This document shows, in pieces, positions 8,923 to 20,103 of a stretch of DNA of 32,000 nt. The notes beneath the pieces are model-generated. The model did no database searches, was not told the DNA's origin, and saw nothing but the letters and a program-made list of their open reading frames with translations. Every line of letters starts with the position of its first letter. Position 1 is the stretch's first letter. The position numbers and the translations under genes were made by a program. The stretch is from Wolbachia endosymbiont strain TRS of Brugia malayi (GTDB lineage Bacteria; Pseudomonadota; Alphaproteobacteria; Rickettsiales; Anaplasmataceae). The stretch spans positions 300,001 to 332,000 of the forward strand of contig NC_006833.1 in the NCBI RefSeq assembly GCF_000008385.1, given 5' to 3'.

Positions 8923-9897
8923 ATGGAACAAGATAAAAAAGGAGATATTTCAAGCAAAGAGTCTACTTCTATATTAGGTAAAGCTAAAAATGCAGCTTTG
9001 GGAGTGCGAGGGTTTCTAATTGAAGGTGGAAAAATCTTATTTAAGGGTGTAGGTAGGGGTTTATTTGTCTTATTTAAAGGTACAATAATATATCCTTTCC
9101 AACTAAAAAGTCAGTTAAAGTCTTGGGATGAAATGTGGCACGATATAAAAAATGGTTGGCGTTATGTTATTGGCAAAATACCTAAAGAATACTACCTGCC
9201 TATAAAGACTACACAAGCTAGTGAAGATCTTGGTGTACACATAACAGAACAAGAGAAAGGAAAGGGAGGGGTTATATTTAAAGCATCAAGGACTTTGGTA
9301 GGAGACATACCTTATTTGAGCCAGGAGCAATTAGATCAAATAAAAAACAATTTGCCAAGTGTAACTATTTTCAGGAAAAAAAACGAAGCTATAATCGAAG
9401 TTGATGTTAAGGAAATTACCAATGGCATTAAAGCTGGTCCTGAATACAAAGGAAAGAGTCCGGAAGAGGTAAAACAACTTATTATTGGCAAAATTTACGA
9501 TAAAGTGAATGAAAATCTTAAAGGCCTGGCAGAAATTACTGGTGGAGAGTTTAAAGTTCACACAGACCAGAAATTGCTATATGGTATTGCTGAAAAATTG
9601 TACCGGTGGTATCGCGAACAGCCATCAGAAGTTGTAAAGCCTATAGAGAAGTCACCAGAATCTAATGAATTTATCACTCAAAGCAATATGACTGATCCTT
9701 TGGGAATGTATCATGTAAAAGCTGGAAAAACTACTTCTAAAGGTATAGAATTAGAAGATAAGTTGAGGGAAGCTATTGGTAACGAATCTAATCTACGCTT
9801 TGAAGGAGATGTTTCTAACAGTAAAATGGAGAGCCCTTCATCTACACCTGTTCTGAACCCAGGAAGAGAAAAAGGTGGTCGTGCCTCTAAAGCATGA
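8923..9897 (+). CDS. Hypothetical protein (orphan, no recognised domain)
   Basis: 324-codon ORF. A GGGGG Shine-Dalgarno-like run (8913-8917) lies 5 nt before the ATG. An ATGA overlap with the downstream HIT gene suggests co-translation. No motif I can assign. Confidence 0.6.
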   Translation: MEQDKKGDISSKESTSILGKAKNAALGVRGFLIEGGKILFKGVGRGLFVLFKGTIIYPFQLKSQLKSWDEMWHDIKNGWRYVIGKIPKEYYLPIKTTQASEDLGVHITEQEKGKGGVIFKASRTLVGDIPYLSQEQLDQIKNNLPSVTIFRKKNEAIIEVDVKEITNGIKAGPEYKGKSPEEVKQLIIGKIYDKVNENLKGLAEITGGEFKVHTDQKLLYGIAEKLYRWYREQPSEVVKPIEKSPESNEFITQSNMTDPLGMYHVKAGKTTSKGIELEDKLREAIGNESNLRFEGDVSNSKMESPSSTPVLNPGREKGGRASKA

Positions 9898-10262
9898 GCA
9901 ATAAATACTATGATAGCAATAACATCTTTGCTCAAATATTAAGGGGTGAGTTGCCTTGCAAGAAGGTTTATGAGGATGAGGATGTCTTGGCATTTTACGA
10001 TAAGTATCCTGATGCACCAGTTCACATTTTAGTTGTACCGAAAAGTCAATATATTTCATATGATGATTTTATTTTTAAAGCTTCTGCGGAGGAAATAGTA
10101 GGCTTCTTTAAAACTGTAAGAGAGATAACATATAAATATAACCTAGAAAAAACAGGATATAGATTAGTTACTAACTGCGGTGAAAACGGGGAACAAGTTG
10201 TGCCGCACTTTCATATGCATATTTTAGGTGGTAAAAGATTAGGAAAGCATGTAAATTTGTAG
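9894..10262 (+). CDS. HIT (histidine triad) family nucleotide hydrolase
   Basis: 122 aa. HIT motif VPHFHMHILGG. The N-terminus CIFAQILRGE-like (NIFAQILRGELPCKKVYEDE) is typical of HinT-type proteins. Confidence 0.88.
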   Translation: MSNKYYDSNNIFAQILRGELPCKKVYEDEDVLAFYDKYPDAPVHILVVPKSQYISYDDFIFKASAEEIVGFFKTVREITYKYNLEKTGYRLVTNCGENGEQVVPHFHMHILGGKRLGKHVNL

Positions 10263-10287
10263 TGTTGCTTTCTACAAGTTTTATTAA

Positions 10288-10641
10288 ATGAGTGAATATT
10301 TAGCTATAGCAATTTTTATCTGCGTATCAATTATACTATCTCTTGCTTTGGGTGTATTGCCTATGTTTCTTGCAATAAGCAAACCAGATAGTGAAAAACT
10401 TTCTACATATGAGTGCGGTTTTAACCCTTTATCAAGAGCAAGAAAAAATTTTGACATTAAGTTTTATTTAGTTTCAATATTATTTATGATATTTGACTTA
10501 GAAATTGCTTTTCTTTTTCCTTGGGCTATTTCTTTATCTAAAATAAGCTATTGTGGATTTTGGTCTATGATGGTATTTCTTGCAATACTTACTGTAGGCT
10601 TTATCTATGAGTGGTGTAAAGGTGCATTAGAATGGGAATAA
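10288..10641 (+). CDS. nuoA: NADH-quinone oxidoreductase subunit A
   Basis: 117 aa with three hydrophobic segments. YECGFNP and [11 protein letters not shown] motifs. Confidence 0.92.
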   Translation: MSEYLAIAIFICVSIILSLALGVLPMFLAISKPDSEKLSTYECGFNPLSRARKNFDIKFYLVSILFMIFDLEIAFLFPWAISLSKISYCGFWSMMVFLAILTVGFIYEWCKGALEWE

Positions 10642-10645
10642 GTTT

Positions 10646-11152
10646 ATGATAGGTCAAGTTCTATCTAACGATGACTGGAATCGTTATAAGAAAGAAGGGT
10701 TTCTTGTTACTAAATTCGGTAGTTTAATAGATTATGTAATCAATTGGGCAAGATCTGGCTCATTATGGCCAATGACATTTGGTCTTGCATGTTGTGCAGT
10801 AGAAATGATGCACACTGCATCCAGTCGTTATGATCTTGATAGATATGGTATAATGTTTCGTGCGAGTCCAAGACAGGCGGATGTTATGATTGTTGCTGGT
10901 ACACTAACCAACAAAATGGCAGCAGCCTTGCGTAAGGTTTATGACCAAATGGCAGACCCCAAGTACGTTGTTTCTATGGGAAGTTGTGCAAATGGCGGTG
11001 GTTATTATCATTACTCCTACTCGGTAGTTCGTGGTTGTGATAGAATTGTACCAGTTGATATATATGTTCCTGGATGCCCGCCAACTGCAGAGGCATTGCT
11101 ATATGGAATGCTGTGCCTACAAAATAAAATAAAAAGAACTCAGAATATATAG
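10646..11152 (+). CDS. nuoB: NADH-quinone oxidoreductase subunit B
   Basis: 168 aa. [31 protein letters not shown] and VPGCPP (N2 cluster cysteines). Confidence 0.95.
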   Translation: MIGQVLSNDDWNRYKKEGFLVTKFGSLIDYVINWARSGSLWPMTFGLACCAVEMMHTASSRYDLDRYGIMFRASPRQADVMIVAGTLTNKMAAALRKVYDQMADPKYVVSMGSCANGGGYYHYSYSVVRGCDRIVPVDIYVPGCPPTAEALLYGMLCLQNKIKRTQNI

Positions 11153-11153
11153 T

Positions 11154-12679
<1,526 letters not shown>

Positions 12680-12693
12680 ACAAGTGAATGATT

Positions 12694-13482
12694 TTATAGG
12701 ATTTCTTTAAGCTTAAGTTTTGTAAACAGCCTGAAAAAGTTGTTTGTGGTTACTTCTGCTACCTTATCTGGTGATGCACTCCACAATTCCGCTAGACAAT
12801 CTACAACATATTTTACCATTGCTGGCTCGTTCTTTTTTCCTCTGTGAGGTTCAGGTGATAGATACGGTGCATCAGTTTCAACTAAAACACGCTCACGTGG
12901 TACATCTTGTGCAATTCTTCTGAGTAAGCTTGCATTTTTAAAAGTAATAATTCCAGAAAATGAAATGTATAACCCTAAATCTATAGATTGATGAGCAAGC
13001 TCCTTAGAGGAAGTAAAACAATGCATTACTCCATTAAAAGGGCCATTTTTCATTTCTGACTTTAGCATATCGATCACTTCACTGTCAACACCTCTAGTGT
13101 GGATGACTAAAGGCAACCCTGTTATTCTTGCTGCTTCTATGTGTGATGCAAAACTTTTTTTCTGATTGCTTTTATTATTAGATTTATAAAAATCTAACCC
13201 GGTTTCGCCTATACTAACTACCTTTTGATTCTTAATGAGTTCAACCAATTCATCAGCATGCATACACTTGCCGTTCTCTACAGAAGCATCAAGTGGGTGT
13301 ATACCAATAGAGGAATAGACTTGATTATAGGATGAAGCAATTTTCAATAATTTAGGAACATCATCAGCGTTTACGCATATGTTATGTAAAATTTTTACAC
13401 CATTTTGCTCTGCTCTTGAAATCACTTCCGGTATTTCATCATCAGAGAAATAAATCAAATGGCAATGAGAATCTACTATCAC
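12694..13482 (-). CDS. tatD: TatD-family metal-dependent DNase/hydrolase
   Basis: 262 aa. MIVDSHCHL, GIHP, IGETGLDFY, LPLVIHTR and ETDAPYL. Confidence 0.88.
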   Translation of the reverse strand: MIVDSHCHLIYFSDDEIPEVISRAEQNGVKILHNICVNADDVPKLLKIASSYNQVYSSIGIHPLDASVENGKCMHADELVELIKNQKVVSIGETGLDFYKSNNKSNQKKSFASHIEAARITGLPLVIHTRGVDSEVIDMLKSEMKNGPFNGVMHCFTSSKELAHQSIDLGLYISFSGIITFKNASLLRRIAQDVPRERVLVETDAPYLSPEPHRGKKNEPAMVKYVVDCLAELWSASPDKVAEVTTNNFFRLFTKLKLKEIL

Positions 13483-13498
13483 GAACTTATTGTAAATT

Positions 13499-13984
13499 TT
13501 ACTTAATAATAGAGACTTTGATTTGAGAAGAAAACTCTTCTATCACTGTTTTATAAACTTCCTTTTTAAATGGTATGGCACCTGCTACCAAATTATCTAC
13601 ACTCTGCCAACGCCACTCCTTGAATTCTGGATGATCAGTATAGTTGATATTAATATCCTTACCTTCTCCATAAAATTTCATTAAGAACCACCTTTGCTTT
13701 TGGCCAGAATATCTTCCATTCCAGCATGTTGGTATAACTTCCTCAGGTAAGTTATAATATATCCAATCCTTATTTTTAGCTATAATCTTTGCTTTATCAG
13801 TACCAACTTCCTCTAGCAATTCACGTAGTGCTGCTTGCTCTAGCTTTTCACCATCATCAATTCCCCCTTGTGGCATCTGCCAGTAAGAGTCGCTATCAAA
13901 GCGTTTTCCAATGAACACATGTCCTTGTTTGTTAAATAGCATTATGCCAACGCAAGGACGATATTTATCTTTCTGCTCAACCAC
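13499..13984 (-). CDS. rppH: RNA pyrophosphohydrolase (Nudix)
   Basis: 161 aa. Nudix box GGIDDGEKLEQAALRELLEEVG. A GTG start is required to keep the conserved YRPCVGIMLFN N-terminus. Confidence 0.88.
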   Translation of the reverse strand: MVEQKDKYRPCVGIMLFNKQGHVFIGKRFDSDSYWQMPQGGIDDGEKLEQAALRELLEEVGTDKAKIIAKNKDWIYYNLPEEVIPTCWNGRYSGQKQRWFLMKFYGEGKDININYTDHPEFKEWRWQSVDNLVAGAIPFKKEVYKTVIEEFSSQIKVSIIK

Positions 13985-13999
13985 GAGTACGTCCTGTTA

Positions 14000-14588
14000 T
14001 TAATTATTTGTTACAGAAGCTTCAACTAATCTTTTTCTGTCTTTTATCTTGTTAGCGGTTCTTTTTGCAACTCCCTTTGTGCTTAATTCTAAGTTATTTA
14101 ATTTCAAAAGCGCCTTTAGGTACAAATAACCTTTTTCCTTTAATTTTCTTATAGCAAAATCCGGATTGGTAATTTCATTCTCCTGATACCTAATCTGATT
14201 GGATATGCTCCACTAGTTCTTTACTCTATTACAGTGTATTACCACAGGAAGAATTTTCAAACCCATTTTTTTACTTAAGTTTACTACTAAGTTGTATAAC
14301 TTTTGGTCGTGGGGATCACCATCTATCAATTCATTTGTAAATATGTAATGCTTTGATTTTATGTAATACTATTCTAGCATTGCTAACAATTTTCTCTGAC
14401 TGCAAAAATTTTTCCCGTAAGTCACCTGTAATTTCAGCGTTTCTTAATTTAACGATTTTGAGTATAATATTATTAAACAGGTTATTGCTTACTATAACCG
14501 CATCAATGATCTTACATAGTTCTTTCGCAGTAAGTAAGAATGAAAGTCTTGCTCACAATAAATAATGTATAGAGAAACTGTCTTTCAT
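14000..14588 (-). pseudogene. Decayed gene of unknown family directly upstream of rppH
   Basis: The minus strand reads MKDSFSIHYLL[TGA]ARLSFLLTAKELCKIIDAV...KIKALHIY, then a frameshift, then FTNELIDGDPHDQKLYNLVVNLSKKMGLKILPVVIHCNRVKN[TAG]WSISNQ...GYLYLKALLKLNNLELSTKGVAKRTANKIKDRKRL...*. That is one start, two in-frame stops and one frameshift over about 195 codons. The family was not recognised. Confidence 0.4.
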
Positions 14589-14729
14589 TATATATAATAA
14601 GGATATGTGCTGTACATGCTGTTACACTAAAAGTTCAAACTTCTTGCTTAGCAAATAGTTATATCGAAAATAGTTCATATTTAGAGATTTTGAGTGTATT
14701 ATTATAAATAAATTATATAATCTAGAATA

Positions 14730-15056
14730 ATGGCTAATGTATCCAGTGATACAGAATTGATAAAAAGCACAATTATGAGTATAATAGATCAAAATAAAGG
14801 TCGTGATATAGTCACTTTTGATGTGCAGAATAAAACCATTATTGCAAAATATATGATTATTGCATCTGGTGATTCAAGCCGACATGTGAAGGCATTAGCT
14901 GAACACGTAATGAAAAGTCTCAAGCAATATTATAAAATGGATGTGGAAGGTATGGATGAAGGTAATTGGGTGATTTTGAATTTTCAAGGCATAATGGTTC
15001 ACATATTCAGGCCAGAAGTAAGGGAGTATTATAAAATAGAAGAACTATGGAATTAA
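14730..15056 (+). CDS. rsfS: Ribosomal silencing factor RsfS (iojap-like)
   Basis: 108 aa. DIVTFDVQNKTIIAKYMIIASGDSSRHVKALAEHV and WVILNFQGIMVHIFRPEVREYYKIEELW. Confidence 0.88.
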   Translation: MANVSSDTELIKSTIMSIIDQNKGRDIVTFDVQNKTIIAKYMIIASGDSSRHVKALAEHVMKSLKQYYKMDVEGMDEGNWVILNFQGIMVHIFRPEVREYYKIEELWN

Positions 15057-15114
15057 CTTTCTTCCACTTGTAAGATTTGTGGATTTAAATTACTTTAATT
15101 GATGAAAACAAGTC

Positions 15115-16365
15115 GTGAAACACAAGTCTGAATTTTTAAATTTCATTCAGGAAAGAGGATACCTATGTCAGTGTACAAACATTGAAGGGTTAGACCAACT
15201 ACTATTGCAGAATAACTACGTAGTTGCATATATTGGGTTTGATTGTACAGCATCAAGTCTTCATGTTGGTAGCTTAATCCAGATTATGATGCTTCGTCAC
15301 CTGCAGAAATTTGGTTATAAGCCAATAGTTTTACTTGGAGGTAGCACAACAAAGATTGGCGATCCATCTGGTAAAGACAAAGCAAGAAGTGTTTTGCCTA
15401 TTGAAGATATCAACCAAAATATATCTGGTATAAAAAAAGCACTTAAGAAAATGGTATACTTTAATGATGGAAAGGCTGGTGCAATTATAGTAAATAACGC
15501 AGATTGGCTAGATAGTATAAAATACATAGATTTTTTGCGTGATATAGGGGCGCATTTTTCTGTAAATCGCATGCTAAGTTTCGATAGTGCAAAAACTAGA
15601 CTTGATAGAGAACAAAATCTAAGCTTTCTGGAATTTAATTACATGCTATTGCAGGCTTACGATTTTGCTGAATTGAACAAAAAGTATGGCTGCCGTTTGC
15701 AGATAGGAGGATCGGACCAGTGGGGAAATATAGTAAACGGAATTGAACTTGGCAAAAAGTTGAATTTACCCGAGTTGTTTGGTCTTACTACGCCTCTTTT
15801 GTTGAGTGCTCAAGGAAAAAAAATGGGCAAAACTGAAAGTGGAACTGTGTGGCTTGATGGTGATATGCTAAAGCCTTATGACTACTGGCAGTACTTTCGC
15901 AATATCGATGACCAAGACATTGGGCGTTTTTTGAGATTTTTCACTGATTTGCCAATTGATGAAATTAAAAAACTGGAATCTTTAAAGAATCAAGAAATAA
16001 ACGAAGCAAAAAAAGCTTTGGCAACAGAGGTAACAAAAATATGTCATGGTGATAAAGAAGCAGAACTTGCACAATCTTCTGCAGTCTCCGTTTTTGAAAA
16101 TGGAGACAGCTCACTACTTCCTGATTACACTATAACAAAAAAACAAGTTGCAAATGGTATATCCTTAATAGACCTACTGCACGATATAGGTCTTGAACCT
16201 TCAAAAGGCGCTGCAAAGCGTTTAATACAGGGCAATGGATGCAAAGTTAATGATTATACTATAAATGATATCAATTACATAATAAATTCTAAAAGCTTTA
16301 AAGATCAGTCATTTATAAAACTGTCTGCAGGGAAAAAACGCCACATAAAAGTTATGGTGAGTTAG
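15115..16365 (+). CDS. tyrS: Tyrosine--tRNA ligase
   Basis: 416 aa with a GTG start. The class I signatures are YIGFDCTASSLHVGSL (HIGH) and KMGKT (KMSKS). A C-terminal S4-like domain is present. Confidence 0.93.
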   Translation: MKHKSEFLNFIQERGYLCQCTNIEGLDQLLLQNNYVVAYIGFDCTASSLHVGSLIQIMMLRHLQKFGYKPIVLLGGSTTKIGDPSGKDKARSVLPIEDINQNISGIKKALKKMVYFNDGKAGAIIVNNADWLDSIKYIDFLRDIGAHFSVNRMLSFDSAKTRLDREQNLSFLEFNYMLLQAYDFAELNKKYGCRLQIGGSDQWGNIVNGIELGKKLNLPELFGLTTPLLLSAQGKKMGKTESGTVWLDGDMLKPYDYWQYFRNIDDQDIGRFLRFFTDLPIDEIKKLESLKNQEINEAKKALATEVTKICHGDKEAELAQSSAVSVFENGDSSLLPDYTITKKQVANGISLIDLLHDIGLEPSKGAAKRLIQGNGCKVNDYTINDINYIINSKSFKDQSFIKLSAGKKRHIKVMVS

Positions 16366-16396
16366 CTTTTGAAGCGAGAAGGCAAATTTCATACAA

Positions 16397-16954
16397 ATGA
16401 GCAATTATGATGTTAATGACTTAAATTCAATATATTTATCTCATCATAAGCCTATATCAAATCTCTTTTTAACTTTGGATATTACTACCTTTTGCAAGGC
16501 ACTAGAATATGCACATGAATTACCTTAGGGACGTAATCTTGATCGTAGTGATTATCTATCAGTACTCAATGAAAAACGAGAAATGTGTGGTATAAAACAT
16601 GCACTGATTTATAAGTTAAGCCACGGGATGAGACCAATATTACACTGCACATGGCAGTTTTTATGATGAGCAAAATAAACATTCCAAAAATTTCTGCAGT
16701 TCTAAATGAGTATAACTTGTCACACATTCCAGAAATGGATTGCTATTTTTATTATAGTAGGTCAAATTATTGATATAATTTGTCTAGAAAACAGCGCATT
16801 ATTAGAACTGGTAGAGGAAGAGAGAATTAAGCCTAGATACCTTGGGAATTATAAAATAGAAAAGCACAAACAATCTATTGAGGACTGGCTGATTAACAAC
16901 CCAAGCAACCCTACAGTATGGAACAAATTTTCAAAATTTGAGAACTATGCATAA
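16397..16954 (+). pseudogene. Pseudogene of a conserved hypothetical family (not named)
   Basis: ATG at 16397 and an in-frame TAG at 16526-16528 (ALEYAHELP*GRNLDRSDYLSVLNEKREMCGIKHALIYKL). The reading continues in other frames (NEYNLSHIPEMDCYF..., ORF 16706-16954). I recall a bacterial family with the LPYGRN.DRS...RGTCS.KHAL pattern but cannot name it. Confidence 0.45.
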
Positions 16955-17897
16955 AACAACTGGAAAGATAGTAGAAAGCGAAATCCTATTATATACAACT
17001 CCAGATGGAGATATAAAATCAACCTTTTGTACCAGGATGAGAGCATTCAGCTCACGCAAAAAAAATAGCAGAGTTGTTTCCATTTTGGAAATAACTGCTT
17101 CTGATTGTAAGAAGTATCCTACACAATTTTATAACCTAGATGCAATTTTAGCTGTTGGTTATAGAGTAAGTTCTCAAAAGGCAACCGCATTTAGGGTGTG
17201 GGCACAAAATTCTAAAGGAGTTCATCATCAAATGGTTTGCATTGGATAACAAACGACTGAAGTATGGTGACAAATTTGATGAAAATTATTTCCGATAAGT
17301 TGCTCGAAAAGATCAGAGAAATACAAACTTCAGAACGTAGATTCTATCAAAAATTACAGATATTTATGTTGAATGCTCTGCTGATTATGATCCAACTTCA
17401 GAAGTAACAAAACAGTTTTGTTCAAAAGTGCAAAATAAATTATATTAGACAGTTCACAGGTTAACTGCAGGAGAGTTGATACGTTCCAGAGTTAGTCACA
17501 AAAGACCATTCATGGGTCTTACTACATGGAGAAATATCCAGGTGGCGAGATTTTAAAGAGTGACGCAAACATTGCAAAAAGTTATTTGACTGAAGCAGAA
17601 TTAAGTAAATTAAATCATATTGTTTCAATATATTTGGACTATGCTGAGCTCCAGGTGAGAAGACAGCGCTTAGTGTGAATGCAAGATTGGATTGCCAAGT
17701 TAAACTTATTTTTGCTATTTAATGATTATAAGTTGCTTGAAGATGCTAAAAGAGTTGGTGCTGAAGTTGCTAAGTTCTTGCTGAAGAAGAGTTTACAAAA
17801 GTACCGGATTATTCAAGATCAGCTGTATAAGTCTGACTTTGATAAACTAATTAAAGCAAGCAAAAACGGAACTGATAACAAGATGAAAGGACGATAA
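16947..17897 (+). pseudogene. RhuM-family (virulence protein RhuM/Fic-associated) pseudogene
   Basis: Fragments across all three frames match RhuM: EILLYTTPDGDIK, LYQDESIQLTQKKIAELF, KKYPTQFYNLDAILAVGYRVSSQKATAFRVWA, DNKRLKYGDKFDENYF, TSERRFYQKITDIYVECSADYDPTSEVTKQF, GLTTW, KSDANIAKSYLTEAELSKLNHIVSIYLDYAELQ and MQDWIAKLNLFLLFNDYKLLEDAKRVGAEVAK. There are multiple frameshifts and stops plus an internal deletion. Confidence 0.75.
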
Positions 17898-17973
17898 ATT
17901 CAGATGTGCAGCACTATAAAATTATCTACAGGAAAAAAACGTTGTATTAGGGTTGTAAAGGGTTTACTTTTGA

Positions 17974-18394
17974 AATAAGAAAAAGGATTTTATCGGTAAA
18001 CCTTATTTCTCTAGAGAGGAATTTTACTTTAATCACAAAATGGTACATATTGTATCTGTTAGCAATTTTGACGTTAAGTTAAAAGTTGTTGGCTCAGGAG
18101 TATATAAAGTAACACTAAGGCATGATGGCAACTCTCTTGATGGAGAATGTTTTTGTCCAGCATTCGATTTTGGCCCATGCAAGCACATAGCTGCAACAGA
18201 CTTCGCTTTGATTCAATATAATTATTAACGAGGATATAAAGCATCCAGAAGATGCATTGATCGTATTAATAGCAAGATCACTTCGAAAAGTTGCTACTAA
18301 AAAGGCAAAGGAGAAACTTATTGAGATGATCCTAAATTTGAGTGTTTATTATCTAGAAATTGTTAGTGAATTGGAGTATAAGGAATATGAGTAA
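17974..18394 (+). pseudogene. SWIM zinc-finger protein remnant (truncated and frameshifted)
   Basis: The open frame 17974-18228 has no start at its homologous N-terminus (KKDFIGKPYFSREEFYFNHKMVHIV...). SWIM signature CFCPAFDFGPCKH (CxCx7CxH). A shifted-frame tail runs to the stop at 18392-18394. Confidence 0.5.
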
Positions 18395-18414
18395 ATTTAA
18401 TCTCTATGATCCTA

Positions 18415-18434
18415 ACACTTGACCTGTGATCCAG
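18415..18434 (+). repeat. Degenerate fragment of the hairpin repeat (acacttgacctgtgatccag)
   Basis: Matches the right half of the core, gcttgacactgggatccag, with several substitutions. It sits at the right edge of the pseudogene islet, 35 nt before ruvA. Confidence 0.35.
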
Positions 18435-18468
18435 GAATTTTTAAACTGAACTCTATACAGTGCTAAAA

Positions 18469-19059
18469 ATGATAGGAAATTTAAGCGGGACAGTAGATGA
18501 AGTTTACGGCGATCACATAATCCTGAATGTAAATGATGTTGGCTATATAATATACCTTTCAGCCAAAGCTTTAAATGTATGTTATATAGGAAGTAAAATC
18601 AAGTTACTTATCGAAACTTGTGCAAACAACAGAGAAAACACCACGCAGCTATATGGTTTTATAAATAAGGAAGAACAATCATGCTTGCGTTTGCTTGTTA
18701 AGGTGAGCGGCGTTAGCTATAAAACTGCAATGTCGATCCTGAGCAAATTAACCCCAGAACAGCTATTTTTAGCAATTATGAATGAAGATAAAATAGCACT
18801 CAAGATAAGCGGGCTTGGTCCAAAACTCATAAATCGAATTATCACTGAATTGAGTGGCAAAGTGAGCAAATTAGAAACAAATAACAACAATTTCTATCCA
18901 ATTAACGAGGATGCCGTTTCAGCATTGATCAATCTTGGATATGAAAAAACGAAAGTTTATGATACCATAAAAAAGTACAAACCGAATCTGGATACTAAGG
19001 ATATTATTCGCACAGCGCTTAAGGAGCTTTCAAATTATGAGATCGATATCATGCAGTAA
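18469..19059 (+). CDS. ruvA: Holliday junction DNA helicase subunit RuvA
   Basis: The ORF track starts at GTG 18460. The ATG at 18469 gives the canonical [10 protein letters not shown]-terminus. HhH motifs [12 protein letters not shown] and [13 protein letters not shown]. Confidence 0.9.
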   Translation: MIGNLSGTVDEVYGDHIILNVNDVGYIIYLSAKALNVCYIGSKIKLLIETCANNRENTTQLYGFINKEEQSCLRLLVKVSGVSYKTAMSILSKLTPEQLFLAIMNEDKIALKISGLGPKLINRIITELSGKVSKLETNNNNFYPINEDAVSALINLGYEKTKVYDTIKKYKPNLDTKDIIRTALKELSNYEIDIMQ

Positions 19060-20017
19060 AGAATATGCTGAAGATGTACGTAATTTAAACATTAGACCTG
19101 AGCAACTTGATGATTTTTTCGGGCAAAAAGACTTAATACAAAATCTAAAAGTGTTTATAAACGCTGCGAAGACGAGAACTGAAGCTTTAGATCATGTTTT
19201 ACTGCATGGTCCTCCAGGACTTGGCAAAACAACTTTAGCGCAAATTATCTCTAAAGAGTTAAGGGTTAGCTTCCGCGCAACTTCTGGTCCACTATTAAAT
19301 AAAGCTGGAGATTTAGCTGCAGTGCTCACTACTTTAAATGCAAAAGATGTCTTATTCATTGACGAAATCCACAGATTAAATCGCAGCATTGAAGAAGTTT
19401 TATATACTGCTATGGAAGATTTTTGCCTAGACCTATTAGTAGGTGAAGGTCCATCTACCCGTACTTTAAGGATAGATCTACCACCATTTACGTTGGTCGG
19501 TGCAACAACACGACTTGGACTACTTTCTGCACCGCTGAGGGATCGTTTTGGTATTCCTTTGCGTCTTGAGTTTTATTCTTTTGAGGAGCTGGTTGACATT
19601 ATAAAGAGAGGTACAAAAGTTTTTTCTGCAGAAATCGAAGAGGATGCCATACAGGAAATTGCCTGCCGTGCACGTGGCACTCCAAGAATTGCTTTGAGGT
19701 TGCTTAGAAGAATAAGGGACTTTGTTGAAGTGAAAGATAATAAAAAAATTACTCACAAAATTGCTGACTCTGCGCTGTCAAAATTGGGCATAGATAAAAT
19801 GGGATTAAATAAATTAGATGTGGACTATCTAAGATTTTTATTCAATACTTCAGGATCTGTTGGAATTGATACCATATCTATTGCGCTATCTGAGGACTCT
19901 GGCAATATTGAGGAAACAGTAGAACCTTATTTAGTCAAAATTAGCTTTGTAAAGCGCACACCAAGAGGACGTGTTTTAACTGATCAGGGGAAAGAATATT
20001 TGAGCCTTCAATATTAA
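19037..20017 (+). CDS. ruvB: Holliday junction DNA helicase RuvB
   Basis: 326 aa. [12 protein letters not shown], Walker [10 protein letters not shown], Walker [15 protein letters not shown] and [14 protein letters not shown]. Overlaps ruvA by 23 nt. Confidence 0.95.
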   Translation: MRSISCSKEYAEDVRNLNIRPEQLDDFFGQKDLIQNLKVFINAAKTRTEALDHVLLHGPPGLGKTTLAQIISKELRVSFRATSGPLLNKAGDLAAVLTTLNAKDVLFIDEIHRLNRSIEEVLYTAMEDFCLDLLVGEGPSTRTLRIDLPPFTLVGATTRLGLLSAPLRDRFGIPLRLEFYSFEELVDIIKRGTKVFSAEIEEDAIQEIACRARGTPRIALRLLRRIRDFVEVKDNKKITHKIADSALSKLGIDKMGLNKLDVDYLRFLFNTSGSVGIDTISIALSEDSGNIEETVEPYLVKISFVKRTPRGRVLTDQGKEYLSLQY

Positions 20018-20042
20018 ATAACTTTTCTACCATAATTAAGTG

Positions 20043-20071
20043 TTGACTAATTGATATAGTAATTATATGCT
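20043..20071 (+). promoter_or_regulatory. Weak candidate promoter for ORF 20104
   Basis: TTGACT (20043-20048), a 17-nt spacer, then TATGCT (20066-20071). The -10 element matches only at the T1/A2/T6 positions. Speculative. Confidence 0.25.
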
Positions 20072-20103
20072 GGTGTCATGTGTTAACAATAATGGAGGCA
20101 TAT

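Noticed and set aside
14553-14555. In-frame TGA at codon 12 of the decayed gene, considered as possible TGA-to-Trp recoding
   Set aside because: TGA clearly functions as a stop elsewhere in the window (purQ ends at 3484-3486, the orphan ORF ends at 9895-9897). The same gene also has a TAG and a frameshift, so ordinary pseudogenisation is the simpler reading.
14353-14565. 70-aa plus-strand ORF in the rppH-rsfS gap
   Set aside because: It is a low-complexity Leu/Ile/Ser-rich peptide lying antisense to the better-supported minus-strand pseudogene fragments. It has no RBS or motif.
20080-20103. GTG at 20080 and ATG at 20092 as starts of the orphan ORF
   Set aside because: Neither is preceded by a purine-rich RBS. 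The GGAGG at 20094-20098 is correctly spaced only for the ATG at 20104. The longer forms cannot be excluded without N-terminal mapping.
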